64,000 bases of DNA from Octopus bimaculoides (taxonomy: Eukaryota). The stretch is from assembly GCF_001194135.2 (NCBI RefSeq), contig NC_068999.1, positions 32,657,003 to 32,721,002 on the forward strand, written 5' to 3'. Both the position numbers and the translations under genes were made by a program. The notes under the pieces are model-generated. The model worked only from the letters and a program-made list of their open reading frames with translations, searched no databases and was not told where the DNA came from. Within the stretch, counting starts at the first letter, position 1. Each line of letters opens with the position of its first letter. Below are positions 52,836 through 64,000 of the stretch, piece by piece.

Positions 52836-53056
52836 CCCTTTAGCATTTGAACAACCCATATCCAGCCAAAATATCCTGTCTCTTTTATGTTCAAACTGGC
52901 CAGATCCAACATCTCACACCTACTCTACAATGTCATAGTAAAAATAAACAATCACATTATTGAAATCCTCAAGCCATGAGATAATGCATGATGTATTTAA
53001 AGACTATATAAATAAATAAGCATTGCATTTGACAGAGTAATCCGAATGCTGAAGAG
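52836..53056 (-). mobile_element. piggyBac-like MITE, TTAA target duplication
   Basis: TTAA|ccctttagcatt...aatgctgaagag|TTAA. The interior is the reverse complement of 35779-35988. Confidence 0.85.
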
Positions 53057-53523
53057 TTAATAAAAATAAAACATTTACTGGTGGGATGACTCAATATTGA
53101 GAGAGAAGAATCAAATATGTTATAAGATTCTTTTCTTACTGGCACTTGAAGTCTCACTTGACAACATATTCAAACAATGCACGTGCACTTGTGCGTGTGT
53201 GTCAAGATTTGAAGTTCAAATAGTTACAGAAATATTGATGTTTCTTAGGCAAGTTATTTATTTTGTTAAAGGATTTAAGCACTTTAGCACATCTGTGTAT
53301 TTATGTAGGTATAAGTTTGAATGGAAAGGGAAACTTTTATTGAATGATTCTTAACAATGCGGGGAAACTACAATACCAGTGGTGAGTGTGTATGTGTGAA
53401 TATGTGTATGTAGATATGCGTGTGTATGAGTGTATATGAATGTATCTGAGTTTGTGTGTGTAAATATATGAATATAAGAGTATATATGGTAGACGGAAGC
53501 TGAAAGAAGCCCATTGTGTATAC

Positions 53524-53557
<34 letters not shown>

Positions 53558-53821
53558 ATCCCTCCCATAACTCAGTTTGTACCTTCATCCTAGTATTTAA
53601 CTGTTAATTAACCAATCCAGTGGGGTTGGGTAGCATCTGTATTATTGATTACCCTGCTAAAAATTAAGAATAAGGGTTAAACCTCATTAAAATTACAGAA
53701 CACATTGCACAACATAGTCCTAGATACACTATGTTTGAAGTGAAAGACTGAGACAGTCACAACTCCATCACCTGATTCCTTTGCCTTGAAGTCTGCTGAA
53801 TCAAAGCTGGTCTTGTCGCTT

Positions 53822-53974
53822 AGCTATTACTTGTTTCAGCCATTGGACTGTGGCCAGGCTGGAACACCACCTTCAAGAATTTTTAGTTGAATGAATTGGG
53901 CCCCAGTACTTTTTTTTTTAACCTGGTACTTATTCTATCAAAATCTTTTGTTGAACTGCTAAGTTACAGGGATG
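53822..53974 (-). mobile_element. SINE family A tail and body running into a 372-N gap
   Basis: tacttgtttcagccattggactgtggcc...ctaagttacagggatg, then N. Confidence 0.85.
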
Positions 53975-54345
53975 NNNNNNNNNNNNNNNNNNNNNNNNNN
54001 NNNNNNNNNNNNNNNNNNNNNNNNNNNNNNNNNNNNNNNNNNNNNNNNNNNNNNNNNNNNNNNNNNNNNNNNNNNNNNNNNNNNNNNNNNNNNNNNNNNN
54101 NNNNNNNNNNNNNNNNNNNNNNNNNNNNNNNNNNNNNNNNNNNNNNNNNNNNNNNNNNNNNNNNNNNNNNNNNNNNNNNNNNNNNNNNNNNNNNNNNNNN
54201 NNNNNNNNNNNNNNNNNNNNNNNNNNNNNNNNNNNNNNNNNNNNNNNNNNNNNNNNNNNNNNNNNNNNNNNNNNNNNNNNNNNNNNNNNNNNNNNNNNNN
54301 NNNNNNNNNNNNNNNNNNNNNNNNNNNNNNNNNNNNNNNNNNNNN

Positions 54346-54379
<34 letters not shown>

Positions 54380-55025
54380 GCTAAAGAGGACAACAAACAT
54401 TAAGGCAAGGCAAACATCTCAAGTCATATGCATTATTATTATTGGAAAAAATTCAAAGTCTTACAGCTGTTTCTGGAATATCCCTAAGTATGGGATAAAT
54501 CTGTTACAGCATTTACATAGCGTACCTAATCATTTAGATCACATGTAAACTAAACACCTATACTTTGTATGTATGTATATATATATATATGTATATATAT
54601 ATTTATTATGTCATATTTTGTTTACAACTATCGCATTATGTAGAGAGAAGGTGACAAAAACTCAGACACACACGCACACAGAGTAATATGTGTGTGTGTG
54701 TGCACATACACATATATGCACATGCACATGTGTAGACATGCACACATGTACACACACACACACACCTATATATGTACACATATGCATGTATTTATTCACA
54801 CACATACACACACATAAATACATATACATACATATATGTATACTTCATTAATAAGGCTGCAAACACAAACACATGTTTGGATGTGTATATATAAATTTGG
54901 CATGTGTAGGTATGTGAATATATTTGTGTGCATTTATATATGTAATGTGTGTGTTTCCACACACGCACACAATGTTTGTCAGCTCTTGTGTGAAGAAGAC
55001 CATCAGCTACTACTTACATACTCAC

Positions 55026-55074
55026 CTGCATACACCTGTACAGCCTGTTTGGTAAACAAGATCACACCCAAACA
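55026..55074 (-). CDS. Candidate 49-nt exon
   Basis: Perfect donor CAG|gtgagt and acceptor gtaaggtttcag|. Open frames: CLGVILFTKQAVQVYA or FGCDLVYQTGCTGVC. Confidence 0.25.
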
Positions 55075-55576
55075 CTGAAACCTTACAATACTTCAGTTTT
55101 TATTAATTGCCAGAGATTTACTGAATGACGTCAACACAGCTCTATAGATTTCGTCTCAATAATATTTTTGACCAATTTCACAAGAATCAGTGATAGTAGT
55201 GGTGAAGGGAAATAGTAAAATATTTTACCACTGTTACTGTCTCTTATTTTAATTGTTACCTGTTGTCGCTACCTATTGTTTCTACTTCATTTCCAGTTCC
55301 ACTCGGTGTTGTAGTATTTGGTGAAATTTATCTAAAATAGTAGTAATAACTTTTATTTTCCCTGTCCGTCTTTTTCTTCTTCTTCTTAGCACTTCACTTT
55401 ATCGATATTTGGTTGAACTATCATGTCAGCACTATTAATGCACTTATAGATATTTATCTCTGAAAATTTGTCCTCTAGTTGGGATGGATGTCAGTGGGTA
55501 ATATTGGTTGTCAGCTTCTATTTATCGAAACATCTGCTGTTTCTGATGGAGCATGAAACCACATATATCTACCCCA

Positions 55577-55850
55577 AAGTGTATGGTTTAGTGGTTAGGG
55601 TATTTGGTCATGATCATAAGGTCAGGAGTTCAACTATGGGTGGTACAGTGTGTCCTTGAGCAAGACACTTTATTTCACATTGCTCCAGTCTACTTAGCTG
55701 GCAAAAATGAGTAGTACCTGTATTTCAAAGGATCCAGCCTTGTCACATTCTGTGTCACACTGAATTTCCCTCAGAACTACATTAAGGGTATGCATGTCTT
55801 TGGAGTGCTCAGATCAACTGGAACTCTTGTCATTGAAACCAATGGAGTGC
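55577..55850 (+). mobile_element. tRNA-derived SINE family C
   Basis: tRNA-like head (ggtttagtggttagggt...gagttcaact) followed by gtgtccttgagcaagacactttatttcac.ttgctccagtc.act.agctggcaaaaatgagta. Confidence 0.85.
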
Positions 55851-55927
55851 CAATAACATTAGAGGTAGTGATTTCATTTCCTGTGGAAGGGTGAAAGGTA
55901 AAAAATGATCTTCGTGGGAATCTAGAC

Positions 55928-56203
55928 CAGTGGTTTCAATGGGCCCCCATAGTTATTTGATGTTTATAAACTAGTTTTATAGATACTTTTTTCAAAATTC
56001 CAATTTTATTTCTCACACATTAGCTTGTGTAAGCTGAACTGTGTAAAACATTAGAAAAAGAAACCTAGCTGTTTCATACAATAAATACATCCAAAGTAGC
56101 ATTTTTTCCTGGACCATTAAAATGCTACTGTTGATCTCTAATTTACCCTTTTGCTTGCATGGACCTCCTCAAGGGCCATATGGACCACGGTTAAGAAACA
56201 CTG
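55928..56203. mobile_element. hAT-type MITE
   Basis: cagtggtttc...gaaacactg termini. Left flank atctagac; right flank atccagaa followed by a 14-bp duplication ending atccagac. Confidence 0.7.
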
Positions 56204-57299
56204 ATCCAGAACCACTGATCCAGACAGATGGAATGAACTATATTAAATCTGTTGCTCTACCAGTTCCTGTTATCTGCCAACTGTTCTAAAGCTTTAAATC
56301 TTTACACAGTTTTATCTTCTGGAGAGTTCTCAACTCTTGAGATTATTTTTTAAATCTGAGATTAAAATGAAAATAGATACAAATAACAAAAAAAGTTGGG
56401 GCTAAAGAAAGAAATAACACAAAGTAAATCCTTTTTATATGGATTTTCTCAACTTTAGATTACTGAAGGATATTTTTCAAGAGATCAGCTTTTCTACATT
56501 AATCTTTTGGTATATTTGAAATGACATGAGGAATAGATTGGTTGCAAAGAGTAAAGTTATCAAATAATAATAATAATGATAATAATAATCTCTCTTTTCA
56601 TGTATGTGTATATACATGTTTGGTAGAACGAATAGGAGAAACTAATTACTACAGGAATACCTACATGCATCTCTATATAAAATATATAGGCATTGGAATA
56701 TTAATAACCTGGTGTTAGAACTCGATATACATACATTTCAGTATGATGTGTCAGTTGAGTAAAGAGCAGTAATAAGAAAGCTGTTTCTGCTGTTAGGTGC
56801 TATGCACTCACAACTGAATGCTTGAGTATCACCCTATAACTTCATCAGAGCTTCAAACATAAAGTGCAATTTATTTGGGAAAGCATTTACATTTAAGTAT
56901 ATACATAGAAAAGCATTATCAATGAAAGAGCATACATGTATGTAGGAAATGAAGTTCAGGAATTCAAAGTGGGAAGCCACTCCAAAATTAGAATGAAATA
57001 AATTTTAAAATTCATATACACTTTGCTTTTGATTATCTACTGGACATAAAGTTACAAAACTGACTTGGTGTACTGAGAGTGTGTTGCTTATATACTGTAA
57101 TATACATTTCTTGAATGTTCAATGAAAAATTTATGCTGGAGTTAAATAAAAATGAGAAATTTCATATAATCTACATGTCAAACAGTAGTAGGCTTAAGAG
57201 AAAATGAAATACAAATGCATGCATGAACACACACACACACACACACACACTGACACACATACACCAAACAAAACACATGCACATACATCTTTTAAGGAG

Positions 57300-58240
57300 C
57301 AAGAGATGACATGGATAGTGGATCTGTGAAGGAAGATGGTTATAAGAGTGTGAGAGGAAAGTAGCAGATGGGGGTAAAGGTGAATGTAGTGAGTGGAAGT
57401 ATGGTTTGATAGCAGATATCAGGATGTTGGGGACAATTGTGAGAAAGATACAAGTGGCTCAGGGATGATGAGCAAGGTGTAGGGATCATGAAAGGAGATG
57501 TAGAGAAAGGGTGGCAATGGTGTGTGTAAATTGAATGATAAAAATAGATAACACTGGAGGAATCAGATATGAGTAGTGGGAGAGGGTGTGAGTGGGGTGC
57601 AGGAGAGGCTGCATGGGAAAAGATGAGAGGATCAAGAAGAGGTGCATAGTTTGGGGCATGTGAAATAGAAAATGCTAATTAGTAATATTGAGACTGAAAG
57701 GAATGAGAGATGAGCTTCTGTTCTCTTTGTAAGCAGTCAGCTTACTTGAGGTTGATGGAGGTACATCAGAGAGTCCCTAATGTGGAAGGTGTAGTGGTTT
57801 GGTGCAGTGAGAGTGGTGGTATCAGAAAGGATAGCTATGGAGGTGGGAATGGAAGTAGGTAAGGGATCCAGGAGTGAAAACATGGTGTGAGGGAAGTGGA
57901 GCTGTGAACAAGGAAGCTGCATAAGTTTTGGGTGCACTTCAAGGAAAGAATGTGTGGGAGAGGGACAAAATGAGAAATGACAGTGTCAGATTGTTAGTGG
58001 TTGGAGGATTATTGCATTGTAGGATTAAGATTAAATTTTGGATGCAGGTGTAAGGGCTTGGACAAGAATGGTTTGTTAACATGTGTGTATGTGTGGTGAG
58101 AGAAAGAGATGTTGTGAAATAAGTTGAAAGCAAAGGAGAGAGACTTTTTGAATATTCCCAACAGGAAAGGCTTTTGAAGTTGACTACTTTACAGTGGAAA
58201 GAGTGATCAGCTCTGGAAGGTATGAAGAATAATTGGAACA
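57300..58240 (-). mobile_element. Highly decayed purine-rich segment, possibly an old LINE endonuclease region
   Basis: Strong strand asymmetry and an NHYTFHIRD-like peptide only. No clear motif. Confidence 0.25.
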
Positions 58241-58269
58241 TCAGGGCTGGTCATAAGGATACAGAAAAT

Positions 58270-58646
58270 ATCTAGCCCATTTAAAAGGTACCTTTGAATC
58301 GTCGGGCGACACGTGCTTGAGAAGACCTATTGAGTCAAATGGAAATTGTAGTTATGGCCGATGCCAGTGCCGCTTGACCGCCTCTCGTTCTGGTGGCAAG
58401 CAATAAACACCATTCATGCATGGTTCGTTGCCTGTGCCGCCTGACTGACTCCCGTGCCAGTGGTACATAAAAAGCACCCACTACACTCTTGGAGTGGTTG
58501 GCATTAGGAAGGGCATCCAGCTGTAGAAACTTTGCCAGATTAGATTGGAGCCTGGTGAGGCTTCCTGGCTTGCCAGTCCCCAGTCAGACCATCCAACCCA
58601 TGCCAGCTTAAAAAACGGACGTTAAACGATGATGATGATGATGATA
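58270..58646 (+). mobile_element. RTE 3' UTR and (GAT)n tail
   Basis: Reverse complement of 24388-24920 (agcccatttaaaaggtacctttgaatc...ggaagggcatccagctgtagaaac...ggacgttaaacgatgatgatg). Confidence 0.9.
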
Positions 58647-59218
58647 ATGTAGATCTCCAAGCTGAATCTATAAAAGAGTGAAAGGAGAAATTTCAAACAT
58701 CGAAGCAAAGCTTAGAAAGAAGTCTTAAAGGAAACCTAGTAAAAACCAAAGTTTTAAGACTCTATTGCCATCTGAGAAGTTGCCATGCATGATAGGCAGG
58801 AAAGAAGCAGAAACATATTCTATAAATTGTACCCAATTCACACTATGGCTGCATTAGAGATGCTGCGGAAAGTGGAGGGAAAAGAAAGAAAAAAATAGGT
58901 AACTTTCTGCTTTGGTAGTCACCAATTCCTGCATTTTGTTAAAAATTCTTCAGATATTAAGAAACTAGGGAATTTCTTGTGCAGGAAAAAATATGTAAAT
59001 AAATAGAATAAAACAGTAAAATATATTTGTTCAGCAGGCATTATTTCACAAATTTTGTGAAGTTGTTTTTTGTTGAAACAAATAACCAGTACCAAGATTA
59101 AAGCAAGGTCACTTAAATGCTTAATTTGGTCCAGCTGTCTCCAATTCTTCAGATTGACTGATATATTTAAATACCTGTGTATCGCTGACTGCAAGAAAAC
59201 TCCCTCTGGTATTCTTAC

Positions 59219-59278
59219 CATTTTCTTAATGCTTTTTTTCTTCTTGTTTTTCCCTCTGTAGAAGCATCTCTGTAATCT
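59219..59278 (-). CDS. Candidate 60-nt exon
   Basis: ttacttctccag|...ATG|gtaaga. Two frames are open (RLQRCFYRGKNKKKKSIKKM; DYRDASTEGKTRRKKALRK). Confidence 0.3.
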
Positions 59279-59525
59279 CTGGAGAAGTAATTTTTTGCTA
59301 AGACTATACCATGCTTTTTAACGAAAAACCTCGCAAAACTGCTCAGAATTTGTGCAGATCCCATGAATAGGTTGTGGTTGGGGAACCATTCTAGTTGATT
59401 AGCTGCTCACTCAAAGACATGCAGTTGCTGCAGGTGTTATTGTGCTGCCACTCCTTGCAAATGTTGCATTTTAACATTTCATGTAACCACAACTGCATTA
59501 GGCAGTTTCTATTTGTATGTGTGCA

Positions 59526-59607
<82 letters not shown>

Positions 59608-60054
59608 TACATGTATACACATTTAATTACACTGAAGCTGAATAAAAATTTGCGAGCATATTTTCAATGAATGAACATCACAACTCTTACTAATTTATGA
59701 CAAACAGTAAAATGTTTTCCTTCTTTCTATAAAGAATAACACAGAGTATGACAATTGACTGACAGAACTGGTAATGTGACTGACAAAATGTAGGTTGATT
59801 CACAGAATTCGTAAAGTGATTGAAAGAATCAGAATGATAAAGAAAATGGCTCGTGGTATTTAGTTACACGTCTTCACCTTCTTATTTCATATCTCACCAA
59901 GCTCAACTTCATCTTTCATCCTTCTGGTGTTGATGAAGTACCAGTAATTTTGGGGGTTGATATAACTTACATCCCTCCTGTTATGAGATCTGTTGTCTCT
60001 GTTAGAGAAGAATATATCCATAGAGAGATACAAATATATATATATATATTGCCC

Positions 60055-60134
60055 ACTGATCGGTGGTTGGTGTTAGGAAGGGCATCCAGCTGTAAAAACA
60101 AACAGCATGGAAGGTAGATGTTAAATGATGATGA

Positions 60135-60140
<6 letters not shown>
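60055..60140 (+). mobile_element. RTE-tail fragment
   Basis: ggttggtgttaggaagggcatccagctgtaaaa...gatgttaaatgatgatgatg. Confidence 0.75.
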
Positions 60141-60180
<40 letters not shown>

Positions 60181-61184
60181 AAGAACTTAGTGTGGCTAAT
60201 TAGCCTAATCACTCTAATCACATCATCATGCTTGTTGTGTGTGTACTTCAGTAATTAACTTATTCTCTATCCTACTTGTATTTTTACTTCATTAATATTC
60301 TAATTAAGTGGTTGATGAAATTTGAAAAACAATCAAAATCTCTCAAATTGAAGCAGATTTGAACTTACTCTTCTGAAATGTGGAAGGTGGTACAATGAAA
60401 ACTTATAGGCTGGACATTTACTGATGCTTCGCAACATCACTATTGTCTCCACCATCACCACCACCACCATCATCATCATCACTACCATCCTCTGTGTTGA
60501 ATGGAGGGTTTTGTGTGGACATAGTGATGGAGAATGGTAAGATGTCAGACTGAATTCTTGTTCTGGAACCTCTTATTTTTGGGTTCAGTTTCTACTGGTG
60601 CTGCTATGTGTTATGTGTTTGCATCATCTATAACCAAAGTTTATATCAAAGCTGTGAAAGCTGCTATTTACATCTCGATGTTTCCATAATTTGATGTGTC
60701 ACACAGGATACACACTTACACATGTGTCTGTGCATGTGTGCGCACACACACACACACACACATACACACAAGTGAACATTTACATACACACTTATGTTCA
60801 TACACAAGTATCTGCACATGCACACACAGAGACAGAGTTGCTACCACCTACCCACCCTCTTTCTGCATACACACGTCACAGTTTATTAAATATTAAACGT
60901 CCATAAAATCAATTCTAAAATTCATAAAATTTTCATTTTACTTTATCGCAATATTGTTTCTCTGATTATGATTTTCAGAGAAATGTCACCACACACCACT
61001 ACCACTATTGCATTATGTCCTTAGGCAAGACATTCCACTATATTTGTCAAACAAATCATTGTTCCTAGTTTTTCTTTTTGTTATTAAGTAATTGAGTATG
61101 GGGTAGCCATGGTAACCATTACATAAAACATATACTACAGATTTATATTGGGTGAGTTAATAATAATGCTAATGATTCTTTCTA

Positions 61185-61527
61185 CTGTTGGTACCAAGCT
61201 GGAAATTTTAAGAGCAGAGATTTAACTGGAACTTATTTTATCATCCCTGAAAGTTGACTTTGGTAGGTTTTGAACTCGGAAGAAAATATTTTATAATTCT
61301 GTTAGATTGCTACCTTTAAATAATCCATTCGAATATTGGCACAAGGACTGAAATTTTGAGGGAGGGGTATTCGATTAAATTCTCTACTGTGACTTATTTT
61401 ATTGACCCCCCCCCCAAAAAAAGGCATGGACGTGTTTGAACTCAGGATGTAAAGTCAGGAGAAATGCTGCTAAGCATTTTGTCTCATGTGCTACCAATTC
61501 TGCCAGCTTGCCACCTTAATAATAATA

Positions 61528-61596
<69 letters not shown>

Positions 61597-61850
61597 TAGT
61601 GTTATTTTTATCACTTGCTTTCATTGCACTACTGATCACAGGTCTGTATGCCCTGAGTATGTCTGTGGTTTGTTTTGTAGTTATTTTCACTGCATTGAAA
61701 GTGTTTTATATAGGATGTGTGCAGTGCCTAGTAGTGTTATTTTCATTGATCTCTGTGGAATTTTGAATTCAGAATGTATGTAAAAGATGGACAAAATGCT
61801 GAGCAACATTTTCTCCAGGGTGCTAAAGATTCTGCCAGAGTTGCTGCAAT
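61185..61850 (-). mobile_element. Three partial SINE family B copies around an (ATT)n tract (61520-61592)
   Basis: Repeated family B motifs (gaactcaggatgtaaag, gctaagcattt, tgccagcttgccacctt). Confidence 0.75.
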
Positions 61851-61869
61851 AATAATAATAATAATAGTA

Positions 61870-62462
61870 AATACTCTGATGCAGTACCAGGGTATTTACT
61901 CTCATGTCTTCTTGTCTTAACAGATTGGAAGTTTTAACATGTACATGTTTTGTCTTGGTGTAAAAGATGGGCCACAGCAAATATTCTGCTCAATACCACA
62001 AATTTGCTTATCAGTTGCTTGACCTTAACCAGTTNNNNNNNNNNTGCTTATCAGTTGCTTGACCTTAACCAGTTGAGCATGTCCCTTAGTGGCTAACGAT
62101 ATGTGCATCTCTGATCACGAGCAGAAGTAGTGGAGAAGCATCATAGACATGTGTTGAGAGGAATTCTTTGGGATTTGAATAATCCACCTCTGGAAACATG
62201 AGTGTTTTGTTCATCATCCTTAACCAACCCTTATTCAGGGACTTTTTGAGTGGGATGGGCTACTCAAGCCGAAGAAAAATTCTAACTGGGCCCCACCTGC
62301 AAGGTGATGTACTGTTTATCTTGATATGAGATCATGATGGATATGGTTGTGACTTGTTTACCTTTATCAGATGGGTAGCCATGATGGCTATACTGGACTT
62401 TGTATATTTTTCCCCAGTGTCACTTTGATGGCATGCACTGCTCTCTCACTCAACAATAATAA
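61870..62462 (+). mobile_element. 3' UTR-like fragment of another octopus non-LTR retroelement with (AAT) tail
   Basis: Ends gatggcatgcactgctctctcactcaacaataataat. I recognise it as an octopus interspersed repeat from memory and did not verify it. Confidence 0.5.
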
Positions 62463-62469
62463 TGATTAT

Positions 62470-62856
62470 CCTTTCTACTGAAGGCACAAGGCCTGAAATT
62501 TTAGGGAAGGGGACTAGTCAATTACATCGACCCCGAAAGGATGAAAGGCAGAGTTGACCTCAGCAACATTTGAACACAGAACGTGAAGATTGACGAAATA
62601 CTGCTAAACATTTCACCCAGCTTGCCACCTTAATAATAATAATGATCTTTTCTACTATAGACACAAGGCCTGGAATTTTGAGGTTGGGGCCCAGTCAATT
62701 AGATCGACCCCAGTACACAAATGGTACTTAAATTATCAACCCCAGATAGATGAGGCAAAGTCGATCTCGGCGGAATTTGAACTTAGAACATAGTGGCAGA
62801 TGAAATACTGCTAAGCATTTCGCCCAGCGTGCTAACAATTCTGCTAGCTCGCCGCC

Positions 62857-62858
<2 letters not shown>
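62470..62858 (-). mobile_element. Two tandem SINE family B copies; the second is CpG-rich and probably young
   Basis: 62648-62858 retains CpGs: gtcgatctcggcggaatttgaac...tcgcccagcgtgctaac...gctcgccgccttaa. Confidence 0.9.
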
Positions 62859-62892
<34 letters not shown>

Positions 62893-63140
62893 TGACACAT
62901 AACAAAGACTAGTCATCAATTCCTTGAGATCTTCAAGTTGATGGTAAATATTTGCCAAAAATCATTGTCTTTTAATGGCATTTATTAATGGAACCGCAGC
63001 ATTTCTGCATATTCAGCTGACATATATGTGTCTGTATTGCAGTGTGTCTGTTGCCATGTTTCCCCAACAAAACAGCTGATTCTACTTAGATTTAATACTT
63101 TTACAATTTACATTAGCATCCATTTTGATGCTGATCTTAC

Positions 63141-63276
63141 CTCATCTTCATCTGGGTTATTCTGAACTAAAGTAGATTCTGTTTTTAGCTTATCAACATG
63201 TTTTTTTTGTATCTTTCTTTTTTTATTCTTGGATCTTCCACTTTCCCTGCATCTTTCTTGACAACTTGGTGTACTT
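63141..63276 (-). CDS. Candidate 136-nt exon (STPSCQERCRESGRSKNKKRKIQKKHVDKLKTESTLVQNNPDEDE)
   Basis: Strong acceptor (tttttctgcag|) and donor GAG|gtaaga. Only one frame is open across it, with an in-frame stop just upstream in the putative intron. Confidence 0.4.
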
Positions 63277-64000
63277 CTGCAGAAAAATACCTACCAAAAC
63301 CATATTGCAGCAGTTATCCATCTTGTACTTTCTATCTGATCATTTCATTCTACTGGAGTATTGGAGAGATTTTTCCATTTTGTTTTCTGTCAGAGGATAA
63401 TTTTTTGTTTTTTTGCTCTCAGACTTGTAGAGTTCTTTAGATTACCAAATTTAAGGATATTTCATTGTTTTTTTTTTTTATTCTCATCCCCCTGCCATTT
63501 CTTCCGCTCTGTCTTTGTCACCCTCTCTCTCCCTCTCTTTCACTTTCTTTATCACTTTTCTTTTTCTCTATGCTTCTCTTTTCATTGAGAATTTTAAAAT
63601 ATTTTCTTTCTATTTCACTTCCAATCATTCCATTTTCTGTGTTATTTGATAACCCTCTCCCTTTCTCACTCACTTCTCTCTCCACTCATTTCTCTCCTAT
63701 CCTCTCACACATACAGACACACACTGTTCTTGTTGCTGTAAGAATAAACAAAGAATAAATCCCTCAAGTAACTAATGGAGGGTATTAAACAAACATATTT
63801 TGCATATATTTTAGGTGTTCTGTTAACAAAACATTATCTTACATAAAACACTTAACTCTTCTGCTGTCGTGACACAGTATCACATACAACATTGCTCTTT
63901 TGTTGTGTCACTTAACCTTTCTTCACCACACACTCACAGGTATATCATGGTAGCATGTTAAAGTGAACATTAAACTGATTATATATATATATATATATAT

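Noticed and set aside
59120-59145. ETAG peptide resembling GTPase WDTAGQ
   Set aside because: It reads LETAGPN* with an immediate stop and no other G-box motifs.
62005-62075. 30-bp direct repeat tgcttatcagttgcttgaccttaaccagtt
   Set aside because: It flanks a 10-N gap exactly, so it is an assembly overlap artefact.

Overview
AT-rich, repeat-dense animal genomic DNA with many N gaps. The SINE and RTE families match those I know from Octopus, so the species call is inferred. No long real ORF, tRNA/rRNA gene or CRISPR array is present, and nearly all entries in the ORF track are translations of microsatellites, low-complexity tracts or gaps. The window looks like intronic or intergenic DNA containing: three tRNA-derived SINE families; fossil LINEs (CR1/L2-like RT, RTE 3' ends); a near full-length decayed mariner with both TIRs; an internally deleted Tigger/pogo element with a 150-aa in-frame ORF; and piggyBac-, hAT- and mariner-type MITEs. 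A few short minus-strand exon candidates suggest a large, unidentified gene. The most unusual structure is a ~970-bp inverted duplication (13781-14752) that could fold into a ~385-bp hairpin. I did not find a clearly new biological system.
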